A DNA stretch of 64,000 nucleotides, taken from NCBI GenBank assembly GCA_034521595.1, contig JAXHMG010000003.1, positions 2,944,001 to 3,008,000 on the forward strand, written 5' to 3'. Made by a program: the position numbers and the translations under genes. Source of the stretch: Gemmatimonadota bacterium. GTDB taxonomy: Bacteria > Gemmatimonadota > Gemmatimonadetes > Longimicrobiales > Gaopeijiaceae. Of this stretch, positions 10,519 to 20,644 are shown piece after piece (the stretch's first letter is position 1; every line of letters begins with the position of its first letter). The notes below the pieces were generated by a model. That model did not search any database. It was not told the origin of the DNA and saw only the letters and a list, made by a program, of their open reading frames with translations.

Positions 10519-11310
10519 ATGTCCCACGTCATCGCGATCGCAAACCAGAAGGGCGGAGTGGGCAAGACCACGACCGCGATCAACTTGGGCGCGTCTCTGG
10601 CGGTCGCCGAGAAGCGAACCCTCGTCGTGGATATCGACCCCCAGGGGAACGCGAGCAGCGGTTTTGGCATCACGGATCGCGCAAACCGAGCTACCGTCTA
10701 CGATGTTCTTGTCGGAGGTCGGGCGATCACGGATGCGATCGTGAGCGACGTACATCTGCCCGGTCTCGACGTGGTACCTTCCACACGAGACCTGGTCGGC
10801 GCCGAGATCGAGTTGGTCTCGACGCACAACCGCGAAGCCATCCTGCGGGGCGCTCTGCGCGACGTTCGCGAGGCATACGACTATATCCTCGTCGATTGCC
10901 CTCCCTCCCTCGGCCTCCTCACGCTGAACACGCTCACCGCGGCGGATTCCGTGCTGATCCCGATCCAGTGTGAGTTCTATGCCCTGGAGGGTCTGAGTCA
11001 GCTCCTGAACACGATCCGCCTCGTCCAACGGGGGCTGAATCCCCGCCTCGACATCGAAGGCGTCCTGCTCACGATGTACGACCGACGCCTGAACCTCTCC
11101 CGTCAGGTGGCTGACGAGGCGCGCGACTACTTCGGCGACAAGGTTTATCACGCCACGATTCCCAGAAACGTCCGGCTCGCGGAGGCGCCAAGCTTTGGCC
11201 AGCCGATCGTGCAGTACGACGTGCTGTCGACCGGCGCTGAGGCCTATCTCGCTTTGGCACAAGAGGTTATCTCGCGTCACCCGCAGACCGGGACGGAGGC
11301 TGCCTCATGA
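10519..11310 (+). CDS. parA: Chromosome partitioning ATPase ParA/Soj
   Basis: [41 protein letters not shown]. Confidence 0.98.
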   Translation: MSHVIAIANQKGGVGKTTTAINLGASLAVAEKRTLVVDIDPQGNASSGFGITDRANRATVYDVLVGGRAITDAIVSDVHLPGLDVVPSTRDLVGAEIELVSTHNREAILRGALRDVREAYDYILVDCPPSLGLLTLNTLTAADSVLIPIQCEFYALEGLSQLLNTIRLVQRGLNPRLDIEGVLLTMYDRRLNLSRQVADEARDYFGDKVYHATIPRNVRLAEAPSFGQPIVQYDVLSTGAEAYLALAQEVISRHPQTGTEAAS

Positions 11311-12185
11311 CGGACAGGGCACGCTTGGGTAAGGGGCTCAGCGCCCTGATCGGTGAGTATCTCGATCCGGAGGCCGACGCCGCGGAAGTTCGGGCCTTGC
11401 CCTTGTCCGGCATCGTACCGAACCCGCTCCAGCCGCGGAGTGTGTTCACCGAGGAAGAGCTTTCCGACCTAGCCGCGTCGATCTCGGCCAATGGCTTGCT
11501 GCAGCCGCTCGTCGTCCGCCCCTCCCCGACAAAAGAGGGCAAGTGGGAGCTCATCGCCGGAGAGCGGCGGTTCCGGGCGGTGTCCATGCTCGGGTGGACG
11601 GAAGCGCCCGTCATCGTGCGGGACGCCTCCGATGAGACCCTCTTGGTCCTGGCTTTGGTCGAGAACTTGCAGCGTGAAGCCCTCACCGCGTTGGAGGAGG
11701 CCGAGGGTTACGTAGCGCTGACGGAGAAGTTCGGGATGAGCCATGCGGACATTGCCGAAGCGGTCGGCAAGGATCGGTCCACGGTCGCGAATATCGTGCG
11801 CTTGCTGAACCTCCCGCCCGTGGCGCGGCGGCTCCTCCAGGAGGGACAGATCGCTCCCGGGCACGCCCGCGCGCTCCTCTCCGTGGAGGACGCGGGCAAG
11901 GCGGGGGAGCTCGCTCGCCGGGCTGCGAAGGAAGGGTGGTCGGTCCGGGAAACGGAGAAGCGCGTTGGTGCCACCCGTCAGAAGAAGCCGCGGAAGCAGC
12001 CCGACCCCGATCCGGTGGTACAATCTCTGGAGGCGGTGCTGCGCGAGCATTTGGCGACCAGGGTGTCCGTGAAGCCATCGCGGAGCGGTGGCGGCACCAT
12101 CCAAATAGCCTACCATGACGACACCGATTTCGAACGCGTCTTCGAGCTGGTCACCGGGCGCGCGGCTACCGAAGTCGCCGGATGA
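11307..12185 (+). CDS. parB: Chromosome partitioning protein ParB/Spo0J
   Basis: [37 protein letters not shown]. Confidence 0.98.
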   Translation: MTDRARLGKGLSALIGEYLDPEADAAEVRALPLSGIVPNPLQPRSVFTEEELSDLAASISANGLLQPLVVRPSPTKEGKWELIAGERRFRAVSMLGWTEAPVIVRDASDETLLVLALVENLQREALTALEEAEGYVALTEKFGMSHADIAEAVGKDRSTVANIVRLLNLPPVARRLLQEGQIAPGHARALLSVEDAGKAGELARRAAKEGWSVRETEKRVGATRQKKPRKQPDPDPVVQSLEAVLREHLATRVSVKPSRSGGGTIQIAYHDDTDFERVFELVTGRAATEVAG

Positions 12186-12973
12186 CTGATCGCAGGGAGG
12201 AGCGGCGGCTATCTGTCGTGATCGTGCCGCACGGGGGCCGCGAGAGCCGCACCTATCATCTTTCCTACCGGAGGCTCCGCTGGCTCACCTTCTCGGTGAC
12301 GATGATCGCCGTGCTCCTGGCGCTCATGGCGGGAAGCTGGTGGTACTTCGCTGCGCGGGCGTTTCGGGCCGGAGAGCTCGAGCGGCAGGTCGAGAGCATG
12401 GAAGGCGACCGCGAGCGCGTGGCCGCATTGGTGCAGCGCCTCGAAGCGATCGAGGGACAATACGACAACATCCGGCGGATGTTCGGCGCCACGGCCATTG
12501 ATCGACCTTCCGACGTATGGTTGCCTCCGAGTGGGTCCGCCCGCAGCGCCGGAACCGGCAGCGGTGAACGCCGTAGAGCCGGAGCGAGCCCGCCGTCGGT
12601 ATGGCCTTTGACTGAACGGGGGTTCGTCACTCAGGAGCTCCACGACGGGTTCGACGACGGGGGTCACCCCGGTCTCGATGTCGCGGTGCCGTCCGATTCC
12701 TACATCCGCGCCGCCGGCGGTGGCGTCGTAACGGACGTTGGCGAAGACGCGGTGTATGGGCGGTTCATCGTGATCGAGCACGGAGGAGGGTATACCAGCC
12801 TCTACGGTCACGCGTCCATGACGTTCGTGAGTCGTGGGCAAGAGGTCCGGGAGCGTGAGGTGGTGGCGCTCTCCGGGTCCACGGGGCGCTCGACCGGACC
12901 TCACCTGCATTTTGAAGTCCTCCTCGACGGAGAGCCGATCGACCCGCTTACCATGGTTGATCAGCCGTCGTAG
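12182..12973 (+). CDS. M23 family metallopeptidase with N-terminal TM/coiled coil
   Basis: HPGLD and HLH zinc motifs (STGPHLHFEV). Confidence 0.92.
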   Translation: MTDRREERRLSVVIVPHGGRESRTYHLSYRRLRWLTFSVTMIAVLLALMAGSWWYFAARAFRAGELERQVESMEGDRERVAALVQRLEAIEGQYDNIRRMFGATAIDRPSDVWLPPSGSARSAGTGSGERRRAGASPPSVWPLTERGFVTQELHDGFDDGGHPGLDVAVPSDSYIRAAGGGVVTDVGEDAVYGRFIVIEHGGGYTSLYGHASMTFVSRGQEVREREVVALSGSTGRSTGPHLHFEVLLDGEPIDPLTMVDQPS

Positions 12974-13018
12974 GATTGTCATCTTCACCGCCTTCCTCTC
13001 GCCAACGGAGCCGTTCGC

Positions 13019-13435
13019 ATGGCGCGTGATCGATCCAGTCAGGGTAGCGCTCCCGAGTCCGTCATTTCCATCATCGGACCGGGTATGAAGGTGGTCGGAG
13101 ACTGCGAAACCGACGGTACGTTGAGGGTGGAAGGTGCAGTGCAAGGCTCGGTCCACGCCGGTAAGGCCGTAGTGATCGGGAAGGACGGTCGCGTCATCGG
13201 GGACGTATCCACCCAAGACGCGGTCATTTCCGGTCGGGTCGAGGGGTCGGTGACCGCGCACTCTCGACTCGAGCTCCAGGCGACGTGCCGTATCGACGGA
13301 GAGGTGAACACGCCGCGGCTTCAGCTCGAAGAAGGGGCGGTGTTCAACGGGAGTGTCCAGATGGCTCAGGAATCCGCCGGGGGTGATTCGGCCGCTCCGT
13401 ACAAGAACTCGGATTCTGAAACCGAGAAGGATTAG
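13019..13435 (+). CDS. Bactofilin (polymer-forming cytoskeletal protein)
   Basis: SIIGPGMKVVGD..GTLRVEG.V.G repeated beta-helix motifs, GAVFNG. Confidence 0.93.
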   Translation: MARDRSSQGSAPESVISIIGPGMKVVGDCETDGTLRVEGAVQGSVHAGKAVVIGKDGRVIGDVSTQDAVISGRVEGSVTAHSRLELQATCRIDGEVNTPRLQLEEGAVFNGSVQMAQESAGGDSAAPYKNSDSETEKD

Positions 13436-13506
13436 GTGTGGCGGTGTCCCGGTCCGCCGGGGGGGACGCGATTCCGAGCGTGGAGTTCTCCCCAGCCTCG
13501 ATCTTT

Positions 13507-13640
13507 TGTGGGAAACATGTGATCCGGAATGGCCGGTGCGCCCACAAGATGTTGTGATTAGTTGTTTTGTGTGATTATGAGGCCTGTGGATAAGTCTGGC
13601 TGGGCCGGGTTTCTTTCCACCTTTCCACATCTTGTCCACT
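13507..13640. promoter_or_regulatory. Second DnaA-box cluster with AT-rich tract
   Basis: Perfect TGTGGATAA 13585-13593; TGTGGGAAA 13507-13515; CTTTCCACC 13613-13621; CTTTCCACA 13621-13629; TTGTCCACT 13632-13640; AT-rich ~13548-13580. Confidence 0.7.
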
Positions 13641-13730
13641 GCATCTGCGGCCTCCTGTGGTCTCCTGCGGGTGCGCCGTGGTCACCTCCAGCGTTCGTTT
13701 GCGATCTATTGATCCGGGGAAAGTCCTGAT

Positions 13731-14495
13731 ATGAAATTAGATTCTATCGTCGAATATATGGACGGTTTCCTGGGCGTGCGCGGACACCCCGATTACGCAC
13801 CGGCGATGAACGGCCTGCAAGTCGAGGGCCGGTCGGAGATCGCCCGAGTGGCGGCGGCCGTCGACACCTCGGTCGCGACCATTACCGCCGCGAAGGAGGC
13901 CGATGCTGATCTGCTTCTGGTGCACCACGGTCTGTTCTGGGGCGGATCCGCCCCCCTGACGGGCCCGCTGTTCCGAAGGGTCCGGACGCTCCTCGAGGGG
14001 GACGTGGCGCTTTATAGCTGTCACCTTCCCCTCGACGGTCACCCCGAGGTGGGTAACTGCGCCCTGCTCGCGAAGGAGCTCGGTCTGCGGACGGATGCGT
14101 CCACCCGCGTGGGTACCTACAAGGACACGCCGATCGGGTGGTGGGGCACGCTCCCCGAGCCGGGCGGGGTCGACGACCTCGCGCAACGCCTGCGTGACGT
14201 GGTGGACGGACCGGTGCACGTCATCCCGGGCGGCCCGGAGCGGGTGGAGCGGGTCGGTGTGGTGACCGGTGGCGGCGCGTCATTCGTACAGGAGGCCGCG
14301 CGCCTCGGCCTCGACGCGTTGGTCACGGGCGAGGGCGCGCACCACACCCACATCGATGCCATGGAGTGGGGAATCCACGTCCTGTTCGGGGGGCACTACG
14401 CCACTGAAACCTTCGGCGTGCGCGCGCTCGCGGAGCACGTCTCCGAGCGCTTCGGTCTCGACTGGATCTTCATCGATCGACCGACGGGCCTCTGA
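13731..14495 (+). CDS. Nif3-like dinuclear metal center protein (YbgI family)
   Basis: NGLQVEG, LLVHHGLFW, HLPLDGH, GHYATETFG. Confidence 0.95.
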   Translation: MKLDSIVEYMDGFLGVRGHPDYAPAMNGLQVEGRSEIARVAAAVDTSVATITAAKEADADLLLVHHGLFWGGSAPLTGPLFRRVRTLLEGDVALYSCHLPLDGHPEVGNCALLAKELGLRTDASTRVGTYKDTPIGWWGTLPEPGGVDDLAQRLRDVVDGPVHVIPGGPERVERVGVVTGGGASFVQEAARLGLDALVTGEGAHHTHIDAMEWGIHVLFGGHYATETFGVRALAEHVSERFGLDWIFIDRPTGL

Positions 14496-14653
14496 CCGTG
14501 CCGGGACGTTCCGGCCTGATCCGTTGCTGTGCCCTACGCGGCGCGGTACCATCCCCGGAGGAGTGTGTGCCCGGTTACCGGACCTCGGCTGATGCCACCG
14601 ATATGGGGTCCGGCGGCGCACAACTCGGACGAACCACCATGGAGTCAAGCTGA

Positions 14654-15463
14654 ATGAGCGCCAACGCATCGGGACCGTTTTGCCCCGAATGCCGCAAGCC
14701 CGCCACGGGTAACTTCTGTCAGAGCTGTGGCGCGAAGCTCGGCGGCCGCTTCTGCAGCCAATGTGGCGCGAAGCTCGGTCCTTCTGCCGCGTTTTGCAGC
14801 CAATGCGGCGCGAAGAACGATGTCGCGGGGCCTACGCACAAGGCGGCGGCCGCCGCCGTCGTGAGCGGCCAGAACTTGCCCTGGTGGATCGCCGGAGCCG
14901 CCATGTTCGCGCTCATCGTGGCCATAGGGGTTTCGATGGTCCAGCCGGGACCTGCACAGCCTCCGACCGCCGGCTCTTCCGAAGCTCCGACCGCCGCGCC
15001 GGGCCAGGGCGGAGCCGGAAACGTGGATCTCAGCTCGATGACCCCGCGCGAAGCGGCGGACCGGCTCTTCAACCGCGTCATGACGAGCGTGGAGCAGGGT
15101 GACACCGCCGCGGCGCAGGCCTTCGTGCCGATGGCCGTCGGCGCCTACGAGCGTGCCATGCCCCTCGATCACGACGGCCTGTTCCACCTTTCCCTTCTCC
15201 AGTACACGGCGCAGGACCTCGAAGGCGCGCTCGAGAGCGCTCTCGCCATTCTCGAAGAGGATCCGAACCACCTGCTGGGGCTCAGCGCCGCGGCCCGGGC
15301 CGCGCGAGATCTGGGGCGCACGGACGAGGCGCAGGAGCACTACGAGCGGATCCTCGAGGTCTACCCCGAAGAGTCCCAGCGTTCTCTGTCGGAGTACGAG
15401 TTACACGCGCGGATCATGACCACCGTCCAGGATTCGGCGGAGGCGTTTCTGCAGGGGCGTTGA
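14654..15463 (+). CDS. Double zinc-ribbon membrane protein with C-terminal TPR-like region
   Basis: Four CxxC motifs, one TM helix, helical TPR-like repeats. Confidence 0.8.
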   Translation: MSANASGPFCPECRKPATGNFCQSCGAKLGGRFCSQCGAKLGPSAAFCSQCGAKNDVAGPTHKAAAAAVVSGQNLPWWIAGAAMFALIVAIGVSMVQPGPAQPPTAGSSEAPTAAPGQGGAGNVDLSSMTPREAADRLFNRVMTSVEQGDTAAAQAFVPMAVGAYERAMPLDHDGLFHLSLLQYTAQDLEGALESALAILEEDPNHLLGLSAAARAARDLGRTDEAQEHYERILEVYPEESQRSLSEYELHARIMTTVQDSAEAFLQGR

Positions 15464-15476
15464 TGCCCCCGTAGAA

Positions 15477-16481
15477 ATGCCCAAAGCGATGCGTGTCTTC
15501 ATTACCGGTGCGAGTGGCCTGATCGGGTCGCACCTGGCTCGGGAGCTGATGGACACCGGGCACGAGGTCGTGGCGCTTTGTCGTGGCGGCTCCGATACGA
15601 GCTTCCTGGATCGTATCGGTTGCCGCATCGTCCGCGGAGACGTCCGCGCCGATCCCGGCAGGATGGTCCCGTCAATGGCCGGGTGCCATCAAGTCGTCCA
15701 CACCGCCGCCCAGGTCTACGCCGGTGGCTCCTGGCCGAAGGTCCGGGAGAGCAACGTGGACGGCACACGCAACGTCCTGACCGCCGCTCGACTTTCCGGG
15801 GCTGAGCACGTGGTGCACGTCTCGACCGTCGCCGTCTACGGTCGCGCCGCCCCGAAGACCGACGAGGACGCGCCGATCGATACCCCCATCCCGCCGGGTG
15901 ACCTCTATGCCCGCTCCAAGAGGGAGGCCGAAAAGGTGGCACGCGGCATCGAGGAACGCCGCGGCCTTCCGGTCACGGTCGTGCGCCCCGCCGCCGTCTA
16001 CGGCGAGCGCGACCGCCTCATGGTGCCCGCTCTCGTCTCCCTGATGCGATGGCCGGTGGTGGCCCTGCTCGGACCCGGACACAACACGCTTCCCGTCGTC
16101 TATGCCGGGAACGTGGCCACCGCCATCCGCCGCATCGTCGAGCAGGGTCGCGGGGGAAACACCTTCAACGTGTCCAGGGACCACCCCCTCACGCAGCGCG
16201 GCTTGTTCGACGGCCTCGCTCGGGGCCTGGGAAAGAAGCCGCGCTTCGTGTCGCTCCCGGCCGGCCTGGTGCGCGTGGGCGGCGGCCTCCTGGCTCGATT
16301 GGGTGTATCGGCACCGGGCGCTCAGCACCTCCCCCTCGAACGAGTCATCGAGCTCGGCCTCGGTGAGAACCCCTTCCCTTCCACGCGCATCCGGGAGACG
16401 CTTGGATGGGACCCCCCATACTTACACGAGGACGCGCTCCAGCGCACCGGCCGCTGGTTCCGCGAGCATCCCCCGAGGTGA
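15477..16481 (+). CDS. NAD-dependent epimerase/dehydratase (extended SDR)
   Basis: TGASGLIG Rossmann motif, YARSK catalytic motif, VRPAAVYG. Confidence 0.92.
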   Translation: MPKAMRVFITGASGLIGSHLARELMDTGHEVVALCRGGSDTSFLDRIGCRIVRGDVRADPGRMVPSMAGCHQVVHTAAQVYAGGSWPKVRESNVDGTRNVLTAARLSGAEHVVHVSTVAVYGRAAPKTDEDAPIDTPIPPGDLYARSKREAEKVARGIEERRGLPVTVVRPAAVYGERDRLMVPALVSLMRWPVVALLGPGHNTLPVVYAGNVATAIRRIVEQGRGGNTFNVSRDHPLTQRGLFDGLARGLGKKPRFVSLPAGLVRVGGGLLARLGVSAPGAQHLPLERVIELGLGENPFPSTRIRETLGWDPPYLHEDALQRTGRWFREHPPR

Positions 16482-16486
16482 CCGAG

Positions 16487-17275
16487 ATGAATGACTCAAC
16501 CGACCGAGGTCCGGAGGCCTCCAAGTCCCCGCGCTCTGGCCGCGGTCCCGGAAAAACGGAGGACGAGCGGCTTCTTGATGTCGAGAACGGTCTCTCGATC
16601 GGGATGGATGCGTGGCGCGTGTTCCGCATCATGGGCGAGTTCGTGGAGGGGTTCGAAACACTGTCCGAGCTCGGTCCCGCGGTTTCCATCTTCGGCTCCG
16701 CGCGCGCACGGGAAGGCGACATCCAGTACGAGCAGTGCGTGGAGACCGCGCGGCTCCTCGGTGAGGCGGGATACGCCGTGATCACGGGCGGGGGCCCCGG
16801 GCTCATGGAGGCCGCGAACAAGGGGGCCCGCCTCGCGGGGTCACCCTCGGTGGGGTGCACCATAGAGCTCCCGTTCGAGCAGAGCGGCAACGAGTACCTC
16901 GACGTCTCCGTGAACTTCCGCTACTTCTTCGTCCGCAAGACCATGTTCGTGAAGTACGCCCAGGCGTTCGTGATCTTTCCGGGCGGCTTCGGAACCATGG
17001 ACGAGCTGTTCGAATCCCTCACCCTGATCCAGACGGGCAAGATCAAGGATTTCCCGGTCGTCCTCGTCGGCACTGAGTACTTCGGTGGCCTCGTCGACTG
17101 GCTCCGGTCGACCGTTGCCGCGGAGGGAAAGGTCACTTCCGAAGACCTCGACTTGCTTCGCCTGACCGACGACCCCGCGGAAGCACGTGATCACATCCTG
17201 ACGCACAAAAAGCGATCGCGCGACCGCCGCCGGCACGGACGTCGCGCCACGGACCACCCGGGGCCGTCCTTGTAA
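16487..17275 (+). CDS. LOG family (TIGR00730-type) nucleotide phosphoribohydrolase
   Basis: SIFGSAR, TGGGPGLMEAAN, FPGGFGTMDE. Confidence 0.93.
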   Translation: MNDSTDRGPEASKSPRSGRGPGKTEDERLLDVENGLSIGMDAWRVFRIMGEFVEGFETLSELGPAVSIFGSARAREGDIQYEQCVETARLLGEAGYAVITGGGPGLMEAANKGARLAGSPSVGCTIELPFEQSGNEYLDVSVNFRYFFVRKTMFVKYAQAFVIFPGGFGTMDELFESLTLIQTGKIKDFPVVLVGTEYFGGLVDWLRSTVAAEGKVTSEDLDLLRLTDDPAEARDHILTHKKRSRDRRRHGRRATDHPGPSL

Positions 17276-17411
17276 CCGCGGCCGACCCACGGCTACCTTT
17301 TCTCGCCCGTCGGGCGCTCCGAAGCCTCCCGTCGCGGGCATCCAATCTCGCTAAAGATCCTTCCGTGCTGTGAGCGACTCCACGGTCTCGCGCAGCGGAG
17401 GTCAGACGACT

Positions 17412-18512
17412 GTGAGCAACACGACCGAACAGACTCCTCGCGGCTATGCTCCCGCCGGCAAGAACACCGGCCAGGTCAAACCGAAAGGGACGTCGCGCAT
17501 CCCGGCCCACGAAGGGCTCGATACCGTCAACATTCGCTCGAGAAAGCCGGAATGGCTGAAGGTTCGCTCTCCGGGCGGCTCGAACTACATGCGGCTCAAG
17601 AAGCTCATGCGCACCGAAGAGCTCCACACGGTGTGCGAGGAAGCCGGCTGCCCGAACATCGGAGAGTGTTGGGAGGCCGGCACCGCGACGTTCATGATTT
17701 TGGGAGACGTGTGCACCCGCGCCTGCAAGTACTGCGGGGTGGCCCACGGAATGCCCAGCAAGCTCGACACCGCCGAGCCGGCCCGGGTCGCACGCACCGT
17801 CCAGAACATGCAGCTCGAGCACGCCGTGATCACGAGCGTGAATCGTGACGAGCTCCCGGATGGCGGCGCCGGAATCTACGCCGAAACCATCCGTCTCATC
17901 CACGAGGCGGTGCCGGGCTGCTCCGTCGAAGTGCTGATCCCCGACTTCAAGGGCGACGAAGAGTCGCTCAAGGTCGTGATCGACGCCGAGCCGGCCATCC
18001 TCGGCCACAACCTCGAGACCGTCGAGCGCCTGCATCCCGACGTCCGTCCCGGAGGCCGGTACTGGCGCTCGATCTCCTTTCTCGGGGCGGTGAAGAAGCT
18101 CGATCCCGACATGCTCACCAAGACCGGGATCATCCTGGGAATGGGCGAGGAGCCCGACGAGATCCGTCAATCGATGGTGGACCTCCGTGAGGCTTCGGTG
18201 GACATCCTGACGCTCGGGCAGTATCTCCGTCCCTCGGAGATGCACATCCCGGTCGCTCGCTGGGTCACACCGGCCGAGTTCCTGGAGTGGAAGCGCATCG
18301 GCGAGGAGGAGCTCGGGTTCAGGCACGTCGAGGCCGGGCCGCTCGTCCGATCCAGCTATCACGCCAAGGAGCAGGCACGCGAGGTCGAAGCCGGCGGCCC
18401 CGGAGCTATTCAAGACGTGCTGGAAGCCGATGTCCTCGCACCCGCCGAGGTGGAGTTGGATCTAGTCCAGATCGACCTCGGTCGCCCCGGCCGACCCGAC
18501 AATGGAGACTGA
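17412..18512 (+). CDS. lipA: Lipoyl synthase (start GTG 17412 or 17370)
   Basis: CEEAGCPNIGEC and CTRACKYC clusters, RSSY motif; GGAGG RBS. Confidence 0.97.
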   Translation: MSNTTEQTPRGYAPAGKNTGQVKPKGTSRIPAHEGLDTVNIRSRKPEWLKVRSPGGSNYMRLKKLMRTEELHTVCEEAGCPNIGECWEAGTATFMILGDVCTRACKYCGVAHGMPSKLDTAEPARVARTVQNMQLEHAVITSVNRDELPDGGAGIYAETIRLIHEAVPGCSVEVLIPDFKGDEESLKVVIDAEPAILGHNLETVERLHPDVRPGGRYWRSISFLGAVKKLDPDMLTKTGIILGMGEEPDEIRQSMVDLREASVDILTLGQYLRPSEMHIPVARWVTPAEFLEWKRIGEEELGFRHVEAGPLVRSSYHAKEQAREVEAGGPGAIQDVLEADVLAPAEVELDLVQIDLGRPGRPDNGD

Positions 18513-18513
18513 G

Positions 18514-19608
18514 ATGGCCGAGACGAAAACTCGGAAGAAGAAGGGCAACGCGAAGGGAGGGGGGAAGCCATCGGGCGCGGCCCTTCTCGAGCAGCACGGG
18601 GTGGACGAAGCCCTGGCCCTCGACCTCCTCCGTGAGATGCTCCTCTATCGTCGTTTCGAGGAGAACGCCGAGGAGGCCTACGCGATCGGTAAGATCGGCG
18701 GCTTCTGCCATGTCCACATCGGGCAGGAAGCGGCCGCCGCCGGAGCCATCAAGCCGCTTCGAGACGACGATTACGTCGTCACCGCGTACCGTGAGCATAC
18801 CCAAGCCATCGCCAAGGGCGTCGATCCGAAGGCCGTCATGGCCGAGCTCTACGGGCGCACGGACGGCTCCTCGCGCGGAAAGGGCGGCTCCATGCACATC
18901 TACGGAGCCGAGTGTCGCTTCATGGGGGGCCACGGCATCGTCGGGGGTCAGGTCCCCCTCGGCGCCGGCATCGCCTGGAAGATCCGTTACAAGGAAGAGG
19001 ATTCCGTCGTCGTCTGCTTCATGGGTGACGCGGCGGTGAACCAGGGAGCGTTTCACGAAGCGATGAACCTCGCCGCGATCTGGTCGTTGCCCGCCATCTT
19101 CGTGGTCGAGAACAACGAGTACGGCATGGGCACGCACTTCAAGCGCGTCTCGGCGACGGAGGTCGTCGACCGCTCCGCCTCGTACGACATCCCCGCGATC
19201 TCGGTCAACGGGCAGGACGTGCTGGAGACGTACGCGCGCTTTCGGGATCTCGCCGAAGAGGTGCGGGGTGGAGGAGGTCCCAGGTTCGTCGATCTCCAGA
19301 CCTACCGCTTCCGTGGCCATTCGATGTCCGATCCGGTTTCGGGCACCTACCGATCGGCGGAGGAGGTGGAGGAGCGCAAGGAAAACGGCGATCCCATCAC
19401 CCTTCTTCGGGGCACGCTCTTCGACGCCGGGATTCTGGACCAGGATGGCCTCGAGGAGATCGACGGGGAGGTGCGGGGCCTCGTGGAGGAAGCCGCCGAC
19501 TTCGCGGACGCGTCGCCGAAGCCCGGGCCGGAGGAGCTGTACGAGCACGTCTGGGCGCAGGAAAATCACGGTAGGCTCTTCTTCGACCGACGGGAGCAGG
19601 CTCGTTAA
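18514..19608 (+). CDS. pdhA: Pyruvate dehydrogenase E1 alpha
   Basis: GKIGGFCH, GKGGSMH, GDAA..NQG...ENN TPP motif, YRFRGHSMSD. Confidence 0.96.
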   Translation: MAETKTRKKKGNAKGGGKPSGAALLEQHGVDEALALDLLREMLLYRRFEENAEEAYAIGKIGGFCHVHIGQEAAAAGAIKPLRDDDYVVTAYREHTQAIAKGVDPKAVMAELYGRTDGSSRGKGGSMHIYGAECRFMGGHGIVGGQVPLGAGIAWKIRYKEEDSVVVCFMGDAAVNQGAFHEAMNLAAIWSLPAIFVVENNEYGMGTHFKRVSATEVVDRSASYDIPAISVNGQDVLETYARFRDLAEEVRGGGGPRFVDLQTYRFRGHSMSDPVSGTYRSAEEVEERKENGDPITLLRGTLFDAGILDQDGLEEIDGEVRGLVEEAADFADASPKPGPEELYEHVWAQENHGRLFFDRREQAR

Positions 19609-20589
19609 ATGGCGGTCATGACTTATCGGGAAGCGCTCAACGAGGCGCTCGCTGAAGAAATGGAGCGGGACCCGGACATCTTCCTCATGGGCGAGGAGGT
19701 GGCCGAATACGAGGGTGCCTACAAGGTGACGAAGGGGCTGCTCGACACCTTCGGTGACCGGAGGGTGGTCGACTCGCCGATCAGTGAGCTCGGCTTTGCG
19801 GGGCTCGGCGTCGGTGCGGCGATGGCGGGGCTGAGGCCCGTCATCGAGTTCATGACGTTCAACTTCGCGTTCTTGGCGATCGACCAGGTCATCAACGGCG
19901 CGTCCAAGATGCACTACATGTCCGCAGGGCAGTTTCCGATGCCCATCGTCTTCCGGGGCCCGACCGGAGCGGCGCTACAGCTCTCCGCCCAGCATTCGCA
20001 GGCGTGCGAGACGTACTACACGCACGCTCCGGGCTGTAAGGTGGTCACCCCGGGGACCGCGGCGGATGCCAAGGGGCTTCTCAAGGCGTCGATCCGGGAC
20101 GACGATCCGGTCGCCTTCATGGAGGGCGAGCTGCTCTACAACCTCAAAGGAGAGGTTCCCGACGACGACGACTTCGTGATTCCGCTCGGCGTCGCGGACC
20201 TCAAGCGCGAAGGATCGGACGTCTCGATCATCACGCACGGTAAGATGGTCCACGTGGCCCTTCAGGCGGCTGCCACGCTCGAAAAGGACGGGATCGAAGC
20301 GGACGTGCTCGATCTCCGCACCATCCGGCCGCTCGATGTCGACGCGATTCTCGACACCGTGGCCAAGACGAACCGGGCCGTGTACGTCGAGGAGGGGTGG
20401 CCTTATGCCGGGACCGGCGCCCAGATCACGACCTTGATCCAGGAAGAGGCGTTCGATCATCTCGATGCGCCGCTTCTGCGCGTGAGCCAGGCCGACGTAC
20501 CGATGCCGTACGCGAAGAACCTCGAGAATCTGGCGAAGCCGTCCGCCGATCGAGTCGTCGACGCGTGCAACCGCGTCCTCTACCGCTGA
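19609..20589 (+). CDS. pdhB: Pyruvate dehydrogenase E1 beta
   Basis: GEEV..YEGAYKVT, DSPISE, EFMTFNF, AQHSQ. Confidence 0.96.
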   Translation: MAVMTYREALNEALAEEMERDPDIFLMGEEVAEYEGAYKVTKGLLDTFGDRRVVDSPISELGFAGLGVGAAMAGLRPVIEFMTFNFAFLAIDQVINGASKMHYMSAGQFPMPIVFRGPTGAALQLSAQHSQACETYYTHAPGCKVVTPGTAADAKGLLKASIRDDDPVAFMEGELLYNLKGEVPDDDDFVIPLGVADLKREGSDVSIITHGKMVHVALQAAATLEKDGIEADVLDLRTIRPLDVDAILDTVAKTNRAVYVEEGWPYAGTGAQITTLIQEEAFDHLDAPLLRVSQADVPMPYAKNLENLAKPSADRVVDACNRVLYR

Positions 20590-20644
20590 ATCCGTCCATC
20601 CAGTAACCGAGACGCCCGACCGGCGCCCGATCCGAGACAGAATC

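Noticed and set aside
14714-14814. Three near-tandem TGYGGCGCGAAG repeats resembling a mini array
   Set aside because: They encode the repeated CxxCGAK zinc-ribbon units; not CRISPR-like
17215-17260. Basic C-terminal RRRHGRRATD tail on the LOG protein as a possible nucleotide-binding motif
   Set aside because: Too short to support without a conservation analysis
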